From positions 7,535 through 71,534 of the forward strand of contig UQOQ01000002.1 in NCBI GenBank assembly GCA_900542715.1: a stretch of 64,000 bases of DNA. The letters run 5' to 3'. Source of the DNA: an uncultured Collinsella sp. Its GTDB lineage: Bacteria > Actinomycetota > Coriobacteriia > Coriobacteriales > Coriobacteriaceae. The translations under genes were made by a program, and so were the position numbers. The notes under the pieces were generated by a model that searched no databases, had not been told where the DNA came from, and worked only from the letters and a program-made list of their open reading frames with translations. Within the stretch, counting starts at the first letter, position 1; every line of letters starts with the position of its first letter. Below, piece after piece: positions 30,701 to 39,649 of the stretch.

Positions 30701-32515
30701 GCGCAGCTTAATGACCTTGAACAGGGCATTCTTGATGACGGAATAAGACAGGCCGGCCGCGATGTCGCCCACCGTGGCGCCTTCCTTTTGCGCCTGCTTG
30801 ACGCGCGAGTTCATAAAGACCGTGCAGCGGCTGCCCAGGTCGACGGGGGCCTTGGCATGAATGGCGGCATCGGCAAACGCGCGCACGTCCATGTTCATAG
30901 ACACGGCGAAACTCTCGATAAAGCTGCCGCAGCCCGACGAGCAGGCCTCGTTGAGCATGATGTGCTCGATGACGCCGTCCTTGACGCGCAGACACTTCAT
31001 GTCCTGGCCGCCGATGTCCAGAATAAACTCGACGCCGGGCAGGAATGCCTTGGCGCCGCGCAGGTGCGCGACGGTCTCGATCTCGCCGGAGTCAGCCTTG
31101 AGGGCCTCGATGAGCAGCGCCTCGCCGTAGCCCGTGGTGGTCACGTGGCCGATGGTGCAGCCCGCGGGGATGTGGTTGTAGAAATCGGCCATGATGACCT
31201 TGGCCGTGCCCAGGATGTCGCCGTTGTTGTTGCCGTACCAGGTGTGCAGCAGCTGGCCATCCTCGCCCGCGAGCGCGGCCTTCATGGTGGTAGAGCCGGC
31301 GTCGATGCCAATGAACACGCGGCCGGTGTAGCCGTCGAGCTTGCCCTTGGGGACGACCTCGGTGTCGTGGCGACCCTTGAACTCGGCAAAGTCCTCGTCG
31401 GTGGCAAAGAGCGGATCAAGGCGCTCGACCTCGGCACCCTGCGTGTCGCCGAGGCTGTCGATGGCCTCGATGAGCTGCGGGAACGTGCTGAGCTTGTTGG
31501 ACTCGTGCGCCATGGCGGCGCCGCTCGCCACAAACAGGTGGGCGTTTTGGGGCACGATACGGTGCTCCTCGTCCAGGTTGAGCGTGAGGTAGAAGCGGTG
31601 ACGCAACTCGGAGAGATACTGCAGCGGGCCGCCCAGGAAGGCGACGTTACCGCGAATGGGACGGCCGCACGCCAGGCCCGAGATGGTCTGGGTCACGACG
31701 GCCTGGAAGATGGAAGCGGCGACGTCCTCGGGGCGGGCGCCCTCGTTGAGGAGCGGCTGCACGTCGGTCTTGGCAAATACGCCGCAGCGACTGGCGATGG
31801 GATAGATGGTGGTGGCGTTGGCCGCGAGCTCGTTAAGGCCGCTCGCGTCGGTGTGCAGCAAGGTTGCCATCTGGTCGATGAACGCGCCCGTACCGCCGGC
31901 GCAGGTGCCGTTCATGCGCTGCTCGATACCGTTGTCAAAGTAGATGATCTTGGCGTCCTCGCCGCCCAGCTCGATGGCGACGTCGGTGGCCGGGATGAGG
32001 GTCTCGACGGCGCGTTTGCTGGCGATGACCTCCTGGACAAACTCCAGGTCGAGCCACTGGGACAGCAGCAGGCCGCCCGAGCCGGTAATGGCGCAGGTCA
32101 TCTGGGCCGTCGGCAGCACGGTCGCAGCGCCCGCGAACAGGTCGCGGGCGCAAGCGCGGACATCGGTGTGATGACGCTGGTACTTGGCGTAGACGATCTG
32201 GTTGTCGTCGTTGAGCACGGCGAGCTTAACGGTGGTGGAGCCCACGTCGATGCCCAGGTGCAGGTTGCCGCGGGCGGCCTCGGGGTTGAAGATCGCGCCT
32301 TCGGGGGCCTGGGCGGCGGCTACGGGCTCAGCGGCGGTGGCGGGCTCGCTGACGACGGACGTCTCCCCTGCCACGTTCTTGGCATCGGCAACTGCCTCGG
32401 CAACTTTCTCGGCAGCCGCGGTCGCAGCCTTCTGCGCAGCGTCCACCACGGCGGGCGCGGCCTCGCGTGCGGCAGCGACCACGCGGTCCTTGATGCCCTC
32501 GACGAGTTTGCTCAT
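27734..32515 (-). CDS. Fused 2-hydroxyacyl-CoA dehydratase activator / reductase-dehydratase protein (PlsA-PlsR-like)
   Basis: Two ASKHA ATPase domains (GIDVGSTT...CAGGTG...RCGVFAK; GIDAGSTT...CSSGCGS...RCTVF), a CGRCSNNC linker, a DUF2229-like region (IPRAL, VCYPAK) and an HGD-D-like C-terminus (ICYP, GGCRA, GEILV, QPFACLPNH). Confidence 0.88.
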   Translation of the reverse strand: MSKLVEGIKDRVVAAAREAAPAVVDAAQKAATAAAEKVAEAVADAKNVAGETSVVSEPATAAEPVAAAQAPEGAIFNPEAARGNLHLGIDVGSTTVKLAVLNDDNQIVYAKYQRHHTDVRACARDLFAGAATVLPTAQMTCAITGSGGLLLSQWLDLEFVQEVIASKRAVETLIPATDVAIELGGEDAKIIYFDNGIEQRMNGTCAGGTGAFIDQMATLLHTDASGLNELAANATTIYPIASRCGVFAKTDVQPLLNEGARPEDVAASIFQAVVTQTISGLACGRPIRGNVAFLGGPLQYLSELRHRFYLTLNLDEEHRIVPQNAHLFVASGAAMAHESNKLSTFPQLIEAIDSLGDTQGAEVERLDPLFATDEDFAEFKGRHDTEVVPKGKLDGYTGRVFIGIDAGSTTMKAALAGEDGQLLHTWYGNNNGDILGTAKVIMADFYNHIPAGCTIGHVTTTGYGEALLIEALKADSGEIETVAHLRGAKAFLPGVEFILDIGGQDMKCLRVKDGVIEHIMLNEACSSGCGSFIESFAVSMNMDVRAFADAAIHAKAPVDLGSRCTVFMNSRVKQAQKEGATVGDIAAGLSYSVIKNALFKVIKLRDPKEIGNQVIVQGGTFMSDATLRAFEQLTGVHAVRPDIAGCMGAYGAALLARDRAGADGTSTILSAEDIAHLTVTQKHVRCGRCSNNCQLTVNDFGGGRRFITGNRCEKGAGHKKQKTEAPNLFKKKNELLFNREVLSPDEAPRGTVGIPRALNMYENYPFWHAFFTRLGFSVQLSDQSSKKTYQAGIESMPSESVCYPAKMSHGHVMNLIDRDVDFIWMPCVRWERKEDPTAGNCYNCPIVMSYPTALALNIDEIREQNIEFLYPFVPYHDKTELKRRLYQVLAVDRVADAEAGRGRVRGPKITRSEVDAAVNAAFEADARFHEDIQTMGEEALKWVEDHGGHGIVLAGRPYHNDPEINHALPELISSFGFAVFTEDSLAHLVKPERPIRVVDQWMYHSRLYAVARFVTMRNDLDLIQLNSFGCGLDALTTDQVQEILEASGKIYTVLKIDEVSNLGAARIRIRSLMAALKDQEAERLAEATAAGEAYEQGDAAPVAPSTDAPAFASRKYTFEAQRESASTAWPKVPFTEQMRDEGYTILCPQMAPIHFDLVKEVFRGAGYNLELLPSTDHDAVEAGLRYVNNDICYPSILVTGQIMEAIESGRYDLSKTAVVISQTGGGCRATNYIALIRKALRESGHPEIPVISLSAVALGEDNPGFKITPALLKQAVYAVLFGDVMMQMLYRCRPYEATPGAANALYEEYMARARKLAPKFNRHNYTKLCREAIRAFDTMPLVGEGTKPRVGVVGEILVKFHPTANNHVVDVIEREGCEAVVPGLLDFFLYSMSNAELQKDELGSSATTRAGMQALIKLVDWMRTPVEEMLEKSRRFEAPERIGTMADKARTVLSVCNNMGEGWLLTAEMLDLIDHGAPNIICTQPFACLPNHVVGKAVIKELRRQHPESNIVAVDYDPGASEVNQLNRIKLMISVAKENMRAGKGFKLEKVAPLAMDEVTGQMRAHDGCVSCGPASEEAVASVAERLGRGIKK

Positions 32516-32526
32516 TGTCTCTCCTC

Positions 32527-33237
32527 TTAGTTGTTGGACTCGACGGTTGCGGCGGTGTCGACCGCATCCTCGAGCTGCAAGTTCAATAGCTTCATGCCGT
32601 ATTCCGGCACGTTGATATCGATGGGTTGGCCATACAGGTCACCGGGGCGCACAAAAGCGAGCACCGTCATAATGCGCGCCATGGCCTCAGGCGATTCGGT
32701 GAGCCCACGCTCAAACCAGCGCTGAATCATGCCGACCTCGGCACTCACGACGTAGGTAACGTAGTAGTCAAAGAACGTGCCCAGCGCCAGGCCCAAAATG
32801 CCCGTCTGCGCACGCGGCACTACGGCCTCACGCGCGGTGTCGATAATCCTTTTAATGAAGGCCTGGTCGCCGCCCGGACCCAGCAGCGCGCCGATTAAGT
32901 CGCGGTTGGCCGCAAGATAACGCAGCAGCTCAACCGAACCGGGCGCCGGCTCGAGCTCGTCGATATTGTGATAGAGATCGGGCAGCTGAGCTGCGGTGAT
33001 GAGCTCAATGCGCTCACGGATCTCGGCCAGCAAGCCGTCCTCGATTTGATTGATAAAGTCGGGGATATCGCGGTAGTGCGAATAGAACGTGCGGCGCGTA
33101 AGGCCAGCGCGCTCGGTGAGCGACGCGACATTAATGCGCGAAAGGTCGCCGCTTTCGGCAAGCTCGTTGGCAAGTGCCTGGCGAAGGGCACGCTGCGAGC
33201 GAAGGGACCGGCGATCGCATTTCTCGAGCTGGGACAA
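32527..33237 (-). CDS. TetR/AcrR family regulator
   Basis: DRRSLRSQRAL...LTERAGLTRRTFYSHY HTH; TTG start after AGGAGG; 11 bp upstream of the activator fusion. Confidence 0.9.
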   Translation of the reverse strand: MSQLEKCDRRSLRSQRALRQALANELAESGDLSRINVASLTERAGLTRRTFYSHYRDIPDFINQIEDGLLAEIRERIELITAAQLPDLYHNIDELEPAPGSVELLRYLAANRDLIGALLGPGGDQAFIKRIIDTAREAVVPRAQTGILGLALGTFFDYYVTYVVSAEVGMIQRWFERGLTESPEAMARIMTVLAFVRPGDLYGQPIDINVPEYGMKLLNLQLEDAVDTAATVESNN

Positions 33238-33329
33238 GCGTCCTCCTTGTTACTCAGCCTGTGCGCTATTGCACAGTGCGAGTATTATTGCACACCGTGT
33301 GTATCAACACGTAAAGGCAATATTTAGAT

Positions 33330-33579
33330 TGTGGCAAAGGGACTGTCTTTTTGTCACATTAGGTTGCGCTCAGCTTTTAGAAGCGACATTGCCGATTGTC
33401 CAAAATGTCATTCGTGGGTAGAATGGTGTCGACGGCAGCCCAAGTTGTAGCTAGCTGGGCAGTGCCGTTGTTTGCATTAGGGGGTCAACGCCTTAGCGGC
33501 GGCGACCCCTTTTTCGTTGCTTCGAACGTTGCTCGAGTGCCCCCATGTGACAAAGGGGCCGTCCCTTTCTTTGTCACAT
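33330..33579. repeat. Two related short hairpins (family C, GTGRCAAAG...TTTGTCAC)
   Basis: TGTGGCAAAGGGACTGTCTTTTTGTCACA near 33330 and TGTGACAAAGGGGCCGTCCCTTTCTTTGTCACA near 33546. Confidence 0.6.
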
Positions 33580-33581
33580 TA

Positions 33582-34445
33582 TTATTCGATGACGGTGCGG
33601 GAGTTTTGCTTGCGCATGGTAGCGAGCATGTGTTTGGGGACGGCGTGGACCATGCAACTGCCGATAGTTGCGCTCGCGGCGGCCTTAGCTGCATTGCTGC
33701 CGTTTTTGGTCGCGTAGCTGTGGCGGAAACGCCTCAGCATAGCAATGTCGTTGCCGCCGTCGCCGTAGACCGCGACCTCGTCCTCGGCAATACCGTAGTA
33801 GCCCGCTAGCCAGGCCACACTCTCGCCCTTGTTGCACGCCACGTCCGTGATCTCGAACATCACCGGATCGAACGGCGCGTTGACCACGCGGTTCGATCGC
33901 TCGGCCAAATATGCCTTAAGGTCGCGCTCCAGCTCGGGCGAGGTCACGCGACAGTTGATCTTGCACACATCGTGGCGCAAGATGTCGCCGATCGACTGGT
34001 CGAAATACTGCTCCTCGTGATAGCCGCCACGTGCACGCATGCCACGCATCACGATACGCTTGATGGGGCTGTCCTTTTTAAAGCCCGCCTGATGCATCTC
34101 GAACGATCCACTCGAAAACATGCCATCGGGCGTAGAACAATCAAAACAGATATCCGGAAACTCCTTGAGTAGCTCCTCGGTGATCTGCGGGTCGACGGTC
34201 CAGGTTTTGAGCACCTCGCCATGACTGTCGCGCACGATGGATCCGTTGGAGCAGCAGGCGTCAAGCGCCAGGCCTGTAAAGCCATGCTCGCCGATCGGCA
34301 GCGTCGAGCGTCCGGTCGCGGGAACCACATGCAAGCCAGCCTCGGTCAGCTCGCGAATGGCGCGGCGGATAGTCCCATCTGCCTCGTGCAGGGCGTTAAG
34401 CAGCGTTCCGTCTAAGTCACTCGCGAACATCTTGATCATGGGCAT
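33582..34445 (-). CDS. Cof-type HAD superfamily hydrolase
   Basis: DLDGTLL, ATGR, NKG and YGDGGND motifs; start MPMIKMF after AAGGAG. Confidence 0.92.
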   Translation of the reverse strand: MPMIKMFASDLDGTLLNALHEADGTIRRAIRELTEAGLHVVPATGRSTLPIGEHGFTGLALDACCSNGSIVRDSHGEVLKTWTVDPQITEELLKEFPDICFDCSTPDGMFSSGSFEMHQAGFKKDSPIKRIVMRGMRARGGYHEEQYFDQSIGDILRHDVCKINCRVTSPELERDLKAYLAERSNRVVNAPFDPVMFEITDVACNKGESVAWLAGYYGIAEDEVAVYGDGGNDIAMLRRFRHSYATKNGSNAAKAAASATIGSCMVHAVPKHMLATMRKQNSRTVIE

Positions 34446-34555
34446 GCCTCTCCTTCGTCTGCACGTTATTTTAGACGAAAGAGAGGTATGCCCATGCAAG
34501 GGTGTTCCAACGCGCCAGGGCATTCGCTTCCGCAAAGCAACGGTGCCCCAGCGCG

Positions 34556-35818
34556 TTAAGACAATCGCCGCAAGCGATTTTTCAGCCGATAAAACAGAGC
34601 CGTCGTCAACGTCAGCACCGCCAACATGGCTGCGAATACAATCGCCGGTGTCCATCGATCATATGCAACCCCGTACGTCAATTGGCCGATAGGTGTTGCG
34701 CAGGAAAGGACCATGTAAACGACCGAAAGCACTTTTCCGCAGAGCTCAGTCGGCGCCGCCCGCTGAACAAACGCGATGATTTCAACCGACGCAATGCTTG
34801 CCCACACCATGACCCATGCCGAACCAACCGCAAACACGGTGAACATGTATGTATCTGCGCCGAACAGTAGCGTGACAATGATCGGTGCGACTCCAAAACA
34901 GATCATCGCAACATATCGGCATATGCCATTGAGAGAAAAGCGATGCGGCCAAATGCCGACCAAGCCACTGCCGGCAAGACCACCCAAGCCCATAGCAACC
35001 TCAACTATCCCAACACAGGACGATTGCATGCCGAGATGCTTTTTGACAATAATGGGAGCGCCAATCGTTAGCCCAACCAACGCAAGGTTCAAAACGGCCG
35101 CAAGCAAAATCACAGCGACCAATGATGCATTTTGCAACAGGTACCGAATCGACTCCCAAAAATCGTTTCGGTATGTCGTACGAGTCGCGCCGTCTCCCAT
35201 CGTTTCAGATGAGGCATTTTGCTTGAGCGCGACCCCAAACAAGAGAGCTGAAATCGCAAACGCCACCGACGCGGTTGTGCAAAGAGCATCGATGCCAAAG
35301 CACCCATAGACTGCCGTCCCGACCACAGGACCCAAGATATTGCTCACCATGGTCACCTGCGAAACCAATGCAGTGGCCCGCTCGACCTTCTTTTCACCCG
35401 CCATGCGCACCGTCTCAATTTGGAGCATTGGCTTTAGCAGCGATTGAACACCATATTGAACACAAAGTATCGCTACTACGACGACCGCAAGAGGCAACGA
35501 GCGCTTCATGGGGATAGACAGCAGCGATGCAGCCATCAGAGCAATGCCGAGGGCCACGAGGACCTCGCGATGTCTTCCCCGATCCGCCAAGATTCCGCCA
35601 ACCGGAGCTGCGAGTACACCGGGTATGAACGCTATCGCCACAACGGCGCCATATAACGTTGACGATCCACTGCAATCGAACAAGTAAAGCGGATACGCAA
35701 AGCACAGCGCCGACAGCATCGAATACGTGCACAGCTGCGCAACAAGAAGCTCCGTGAGCCTAATTGACCGCACTATTTTTGGTTCCAACAAGACGCTGAC
35801 GTCTCTCAGTCCAGCCAT
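34556..35818 (-). CDS. MFS transporter (efflux type)
   Basis: About 12 TM segments and motif A GGILADRG; AT-richer than flanks. Confidence 0.88.
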   Translation of the reverse strand: MAGLRDVSVLLEPKIVRSIRLTELLVAQLCTYSMLSALCFAYPLYLFDCSGSSTLYGAVVAIAFIPGVLAAPVGGILADRGRHREVLVALGIALMAASLLSIPMKRSLPLAVVVVAILCVQYGVQSLLKPMLQIETVRMAGEKKVERATALVSQVTMVSNILGPVVGTAVYGCFGIDALCTTASVAFAISALLFGVALKQNASSETMGDGATRTTYRNDFWESIRYLLQNASLVAVILLAAVLNLALVGLTIGAPIIVKKHLGMQSSCVGIVEVAMGLGGLAGSGLVGIWPHRFSLNGICRYVAMICFGVAPIIVTLLFGADTYMFTVFAVGSAWVMVWASIASVEIIAFVQRAAPTELCGKVLSVVYMVLSCATPIGQLTYGVAYDRWTPAIVFAAMLAVLTLTTALFYRLKNRLRRLS

Positions 35819-35831
35819 AAGTCCGCTCCCT

Positions 35832-35916
35832 ATACATACCGCTAGTATGTATTTATCGACTTGAAAAGGGCAGCCGTGGCTACCCTCACAAATCTATTAC
35901 ATACCGTTGGTATCTA
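35832..35916. promoter_or_regulatory. Two TetR-type palindromic operators upstream of the MFS gene
   Basis: ATACATAC-CGCTA-GTATGTAT (35832-35852) and TACATAC-CGTTG-GTATCTA (35898-35916). Confidence 0.75.
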
Positions 35917-35918
35917 TA

Positions 35919-36581
35919 TTACCACCCGGCGCGGTCCCATACGTCCCAAATCTGCGCCGTTGTCTGAAGCACTTCTTCCCCCAAATCGAGTCCCACCGCG
36001 GCAGCCATCTGCGTCAAACATTGTGCACGAGCGAGCATTCGCTCCTTGGGCTCGAGCGGACGGAACAGCGGCAGCAGCCAGAGATTCGCCAACAACGATA
36101 CGGCCTCCGCCGCTTCGCGCGGGCATTCGCACGCAATGGAGCCGTCGACGATGCCCTCCTCGATCACCGGCAAGAGATAGCCATCGGCCGACTCGTCAAA
36201 TGAGCCCTGGTATTGCATCGCCAGTAGGCGCGAGCTTTTTACCGGATCTGCTGCAGGACGCATACGTGCCCATAGCTCAATTTGCGGAACAACGGACTCG
36301 GGAGCGTAAAGCCGTTTTAGCTTTTGGGCGCCGGTCATATTACCGACGCCAAGCATCGAGCGGCGGTGCTCGACAATCGGAGTCATCGCCCGATCAAACG
36401 CGGCGTTGAAAATCTCTTCTTTGCTCTTGAAGTGATGATAGACAGCGCCCTTGGTCATGCCATCGAGACGGTCAACGATATCTTGAATGCTCGTCCCCTC
36501 ATAACCCTGTGCACAGAATAGCTCCAGTGCCGCATCAAGAATCTTCGCGACCGTCTCCTCGGGATATTTATTGCGACCCAT
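35919..36581 (-). CDS. TetR/AcrR family regulator
   Basis: MGRNKYPEET...GYEGTSIQDI...TKGAVYHHFKSKEEI. Confidence 0.93.
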   Translation of the reverse strand: MGRNKYPEETVAKILDAALELFCAQGYEGTSIQDIVDRLDGMTKGAVYHHFKSKEEIFNAAFDRAMTPIVEHRRSMLGVGNMTGAQKLKRLYAPESVVPQIELWARMRPAADPVKSSRLLAMQYQGSFDESADGYLLPVIEEGIVDGSIACECPREAAEAVSLLANLWLLPLFRPLEPKERMLARAQCLTQMAAAVGLDLGEEVLQTTAQIWDVWDRAGW

Positions 36582-36655
36582 AATCCGTCCATCCGCAACA
36601 CAAGCCTTATGCCTCACTGCAGTATTTTAACGTTGCAGATGACAGACGGTCGGCC

Positions 36656-36994
36656 CTACACCGCGGCGGGGCCGTGTTCGCCGGTACGAATGCGGATAAC
36701 CTCCTCGACCGGCTCGACCCAAATCTTGCCGTCTCCAACGGCACCGGTGCGGGCGGCGTTGCAGATGATGTCGACAATGCCGTCGACGTGCTCATCGGCG
36801 CAGATAAGGGTGAACTGCACCTTAGGGATCGTGTTGACAAGCAACTCGTTGCCGCGCACGTATTCCTTCCAGCCATGCTGCGCGCCGCATCCCTGCACCT
36901 GGTTGATAGTCATACCGCGAACATCAGCAGCAAACAGCGCGTCTTTAAGAACCTCGAGCTTCTCAGCACGAACGATCGCCGTAATCTTCTTCAT
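36656..36994 (-). CDS. glnK: PII nitrogen regulatory protein (GlnB/GlnK)
   Basis: MKKITAIVR...ARTGAVGDGKIW...RIRTGE; downstream of amtB. Confidence 0.93.
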   Translation of the reverse strand: MKKITAIVRAEKLEVLKDALFAADVRGMTINQVQGCGAQHGWKEYVRGNELLVNTIPKVQFTLICADEHVDGIVDIICNAARTGAVGDGKIWVEPVEEVIRIRTGEHGPAAV

Positions 36995-37039
36995 AGTGAA
37001 TTCCTCTCTTTAATAAAGAAATGAACCGCCCATTCATGT

Positions 37040-37149
37040 GGCACGGGTTTTCCAGGTGCCCGAGATTGCCCCGAAAGAGGAGCGCCGCGTACTTCGGTAC
37101 GCAAGCGACGGTTTGAGGGGCAAGGTCGGGTGCCTGGGAAAGCCGTGCC
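37040..37149. repeat. Long hairpin between amtB and the PII gene
   Basis: 24-bp arms (37040-37063/37126-37149); apex GCGTAC-TTCG-GTACGC. Confidence 0.8.
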
Positions 37150-37150
37150 G

Positions 37151-38428
37151 CTAATCGAGTCCGGAGAACGAGGGGTATGCGCTCTCGCCGTGCTGACTCG
37201 CATCCAAGCCCAGCGCCTCGTCGGCCTCGTCCACGCGCAGGCTGCCGTGGAACAGCGCCTTGACCACCGCGGCGATCACCAAGTCGAGCACCAGCACAAT
37301 AGCGACCGTCACCACAATGCCCAGGACCTGCGAGATGAGCAGCGACACGTCGCCCGTATAGAACAGGCCGCCCTTACCAGTCCACGAGAGCTCCGGCACG
37401 CAGAACAGACCCGTGAGCGCGCCGCCCAAAATGCCGCCGATACCGTGGCAACCAAATGCATCGAGCGCATCGTCGTAGCCGAACTTGGTCTTAAGATGGC
37501 TGATGGCCAGGTAGCAGACGGGAGACACGATCAAGCCCATGACCAGCGCCGCCCACGGCTCGACAAAGCCCGCGCCCGGCGTGACCACCACAAGGCCTGC
37601 AACCAGACCGGTGCTGGCACCCACCAGCGTGGAACGACCAGTGTGCACGCGCTCGACGGCAAGCCACGAGACCATGCCTGCCGCGCTGGCCGTCACGGTG
37701 TTGAGGATGGCGAGTGCCGCCACGGCGTCGGCCTTAAACTCGCTGCCGCCGTTAAAGCCAAACCAGCCAAACCAAAGCAGGCCGGCGCCCAGCGCCACAA
37801 ACGGCACGTTATGCGGACGGTAGCTCACCATGCCAAAGCCGCGACGACGGCCGAGCATTAAGCAAAGAATCAGGCCCGTAAGACCGGACGAAATGTGCAC
37901 CACGTCGCCGCCGGCAAAGTCGAGCGCGCCGATGATGTCGCCGATAAAAGAGCCATCGCCGCCCCAAACCATGTGGGCGAGCGGCGCATAGACCACAAGC
38001 AGCCAAATACCCAGGAAGGCCGTCATGGCACCAAACTTAACGCGACCTGCCAGGCTGCCCGTGACGATAGCGGCGGTGATCATGGCAAACGCCATCTGGA
38101 AGGCGATGTTGATGATCTGAGGGTAGACGGCACCGTCGGCAGCATTGCCCTCGGCTGCCTGCAGTACTTGGTTGAGCACCGGCAGGCACAGCAGCTGGTC
38201 AAAGCCGCCAATAAACGGGCTGGAACCGTCGCCACCGTAGGCCAGCGACCAGCCGGCGACAATCCACAGCACACCAACCAGGCCAATGGCGCCAAAGCAC
38301 ATAAGCATGGTGTTGATGACATTTTTGCGCCTGGACAGGCCGCCATAGAAAAACGCCAGACCCGGTGTCATTAAAAACACGAGCATGGTGCAGATGAGCA
38401 TAAACGTTGTCGATCCCGTATCGTACAT
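37151..38428 (-). CDS. amtB: Ammonium transporter
   Basis: MTPGLAFFYGG, FQMAFA, DFAGGDVVH, WFGWFGFN and DDALDAFGCHG motifs. Confidence 0.97.
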   Translation of the reverse strand: MYDTGSTTFMLICTMLVFLMTPGLAFFYGGLSRRKNVINTMLMCFGAIGLVGVLWIVAGWSLAYGGDGSSPFIGGFDQLLCLPVLNQVLQAAEGNAADGAVYPQIINIAFQMAFAMITAAIVTGSLAGRVKFGAMTAFLGIWLLVVYAPLAHMVWGGDGSFIGDIIGALDFAGGDVVHISSGLTGLILCLMLGRRRGFGMVSYRPHNVPFVALGAGLLWFGWFGFNGGSEFKADAVAALAILNTVTASAAGMVSWLAVERVHTGRSTLVGASTGLVAGLVVVTPGAGFVEPWAALVMGLIVSPVCYLAISHLKTKFGYDDALDAFGCHGIGGILGGALTGLFCVPELSWTGKGGLFYTGDVSLLISQVLGIVVTVAIVLVLDLVIAAVVKALFHGSLRVDEADEALGLDASQHGESAYPSFSGLD

Positions 38429-38532
38429 TCGCTCCCCCTTGGTCGCATGAACGTTGTCGGCGCCCATCATGCGGCCGAGGGGCAACTGGTGCAGACCAGA
38501 TACGGCGTTGTTAAACGCTGCGTTGTCGAATG

Positions 38533-38590
38533 GAAACGGTGCCGCAATCTTGGAAACGGCGCGGCAACGGGCGCGAAACGAACGGGAAAT
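38533..38590. promoter_or_regulatory. GlnR/OmpR-type tandem boxes upstream of amtB
   Basis: GAAAC-N6-GCAAC-N6-GAAAC-N6-GAAAT (38553-38590), plus GAAAC-N6-GCAAT (38533-38548). Confidence 0.5.
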
Positions 38591-38626
38591 GTGCGAACGA
38601 GAAGGGCGCGCTTGGCCCCACTCTGG

Positions 38627-39646
38627 CTAGCGCCGGAACAGCTCGCGGGCTCGATCGCGGAGGTTGGTGGCTCGGATGACGCCCTCGTAGCGGTTGATGC
38701 GCAAGCGCGGGAAGGCATTGAAGAAGCGTAGGTCGCGGCGGCTGAGTGACACACTCGGCACCGGACGGCTCATGCGCTTGCCGGCAAGGCGACGACTGAG
38801 CGACGGACGCGGCATGCTCGGCGCGGCATCGGCCACGCGGCGGGCAGCGAGTGCCAGGCCGCGAGCACCATCCGCGATAAACGTCGGCATCGAAGCCTTC
38901 TCGCGCAGGGCATCGAGTGCCGCGTCGCCCAGCTCGGCCAGCCACGCGTTAACGGCACGGCTACGGATATGCGTCTGCGCCACCGAGTCAATCGTCGAAT
39001 CGGGAATACGTTCGAGCATGGAGTCGGAGGCATCGGCAAGCGACTCATTGATGCGGTCAGCAAGGTCGGCGCGCACACGCTCAAGCTGATCGGACAGGCG
39101 GCGCCAGCTCGCCAACGAGCACACCGCGTCGACCATCATCGCGACCGCGACGATAAAGGCGGACAGCCGCACAATCAGCACCGGCAGATGGCCAAGCAGC
39201 CCCAGCAATGCCGGCTCCACTAAACGACAAATGCACAACGCACCCAAGCCAAACGCGCAGGCCCAGTACAGACAGATGCGTCCGTGCAGGTTAAACGGCA
39301 GGTGCGAATAGTCCCAAAAGCGAGCGCCCGTTGTTTTTTCCAACAGCGCGCCGACGCTGTACTCAATCACGCTGCATACGAGCGCCGCGGCAACAAACTG
39401 GCTCGAGGCATCCGGAATCCCGCGCAGCAAAAGCCAGCAGGCTATACCGCCCACACCATAGATAGGGCAACACGGCCCCAGCAAAAAGCCACTGTTGGCA
39501 AATCGTCCGTGATTGAGCATGGCGCAGACCGTCGACTCCCACGCCCAGCCGCAAAACCCGTAGAAGGCAAACGAGAGCACTAGTGCCGAAAGCGGACAGG
39601 CGGCAAGCGTCGCGCCGTCAAATGCCATGTCGATCGCGGTCCCCAC
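38627..39646 (-). CDS. Putative ABC transporter permease (DUF1113/CmpB-TMEM229 family)
   Basis: YGFCGWAWE, GFLLGPCCPIYGVG, EY and WDYSHLPFNLHGRICL motifs. Confidence 0.85.
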   Translation of the reverse strand: MGTAIDMAFDGATLAACPLSALVLSFAFYGFCGWAWESTVCAMLNHGRFANSGFLLGPCCPIYGVGGIACWLLLRGIPDASSQFVAAALVCSVIEYSVGALLEKTTGARFWDYSHLPFNLHGRICLYWACAFGLGALCICRLVEPALLGLLGHLPVLIVRLSAFIVAVAMMVDAVCSLASWRRLSDQLERVRADLADRINESLADASDSMLERIPDSTIDSVAQTHIRSRAVNAWLAELGDAALDALREKASMPTFIADGARGLALAARRVADAAPSMPRPSLSRRLAGKRMSRPVPSVSLSRRDLRFFNAFPRLRINRYEGVIRATNLRDRARELFRR

Positions 39647-39649
39647 CGT

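Noticed and set aside
28415..32530. 1371-aa + strand ORF, and similar long ORFs opposite groEL, yebC and the surface protein
   Set aside because: Stop-free antisense frames are expected opposite high-GC3 genes; no recognisable motifs.
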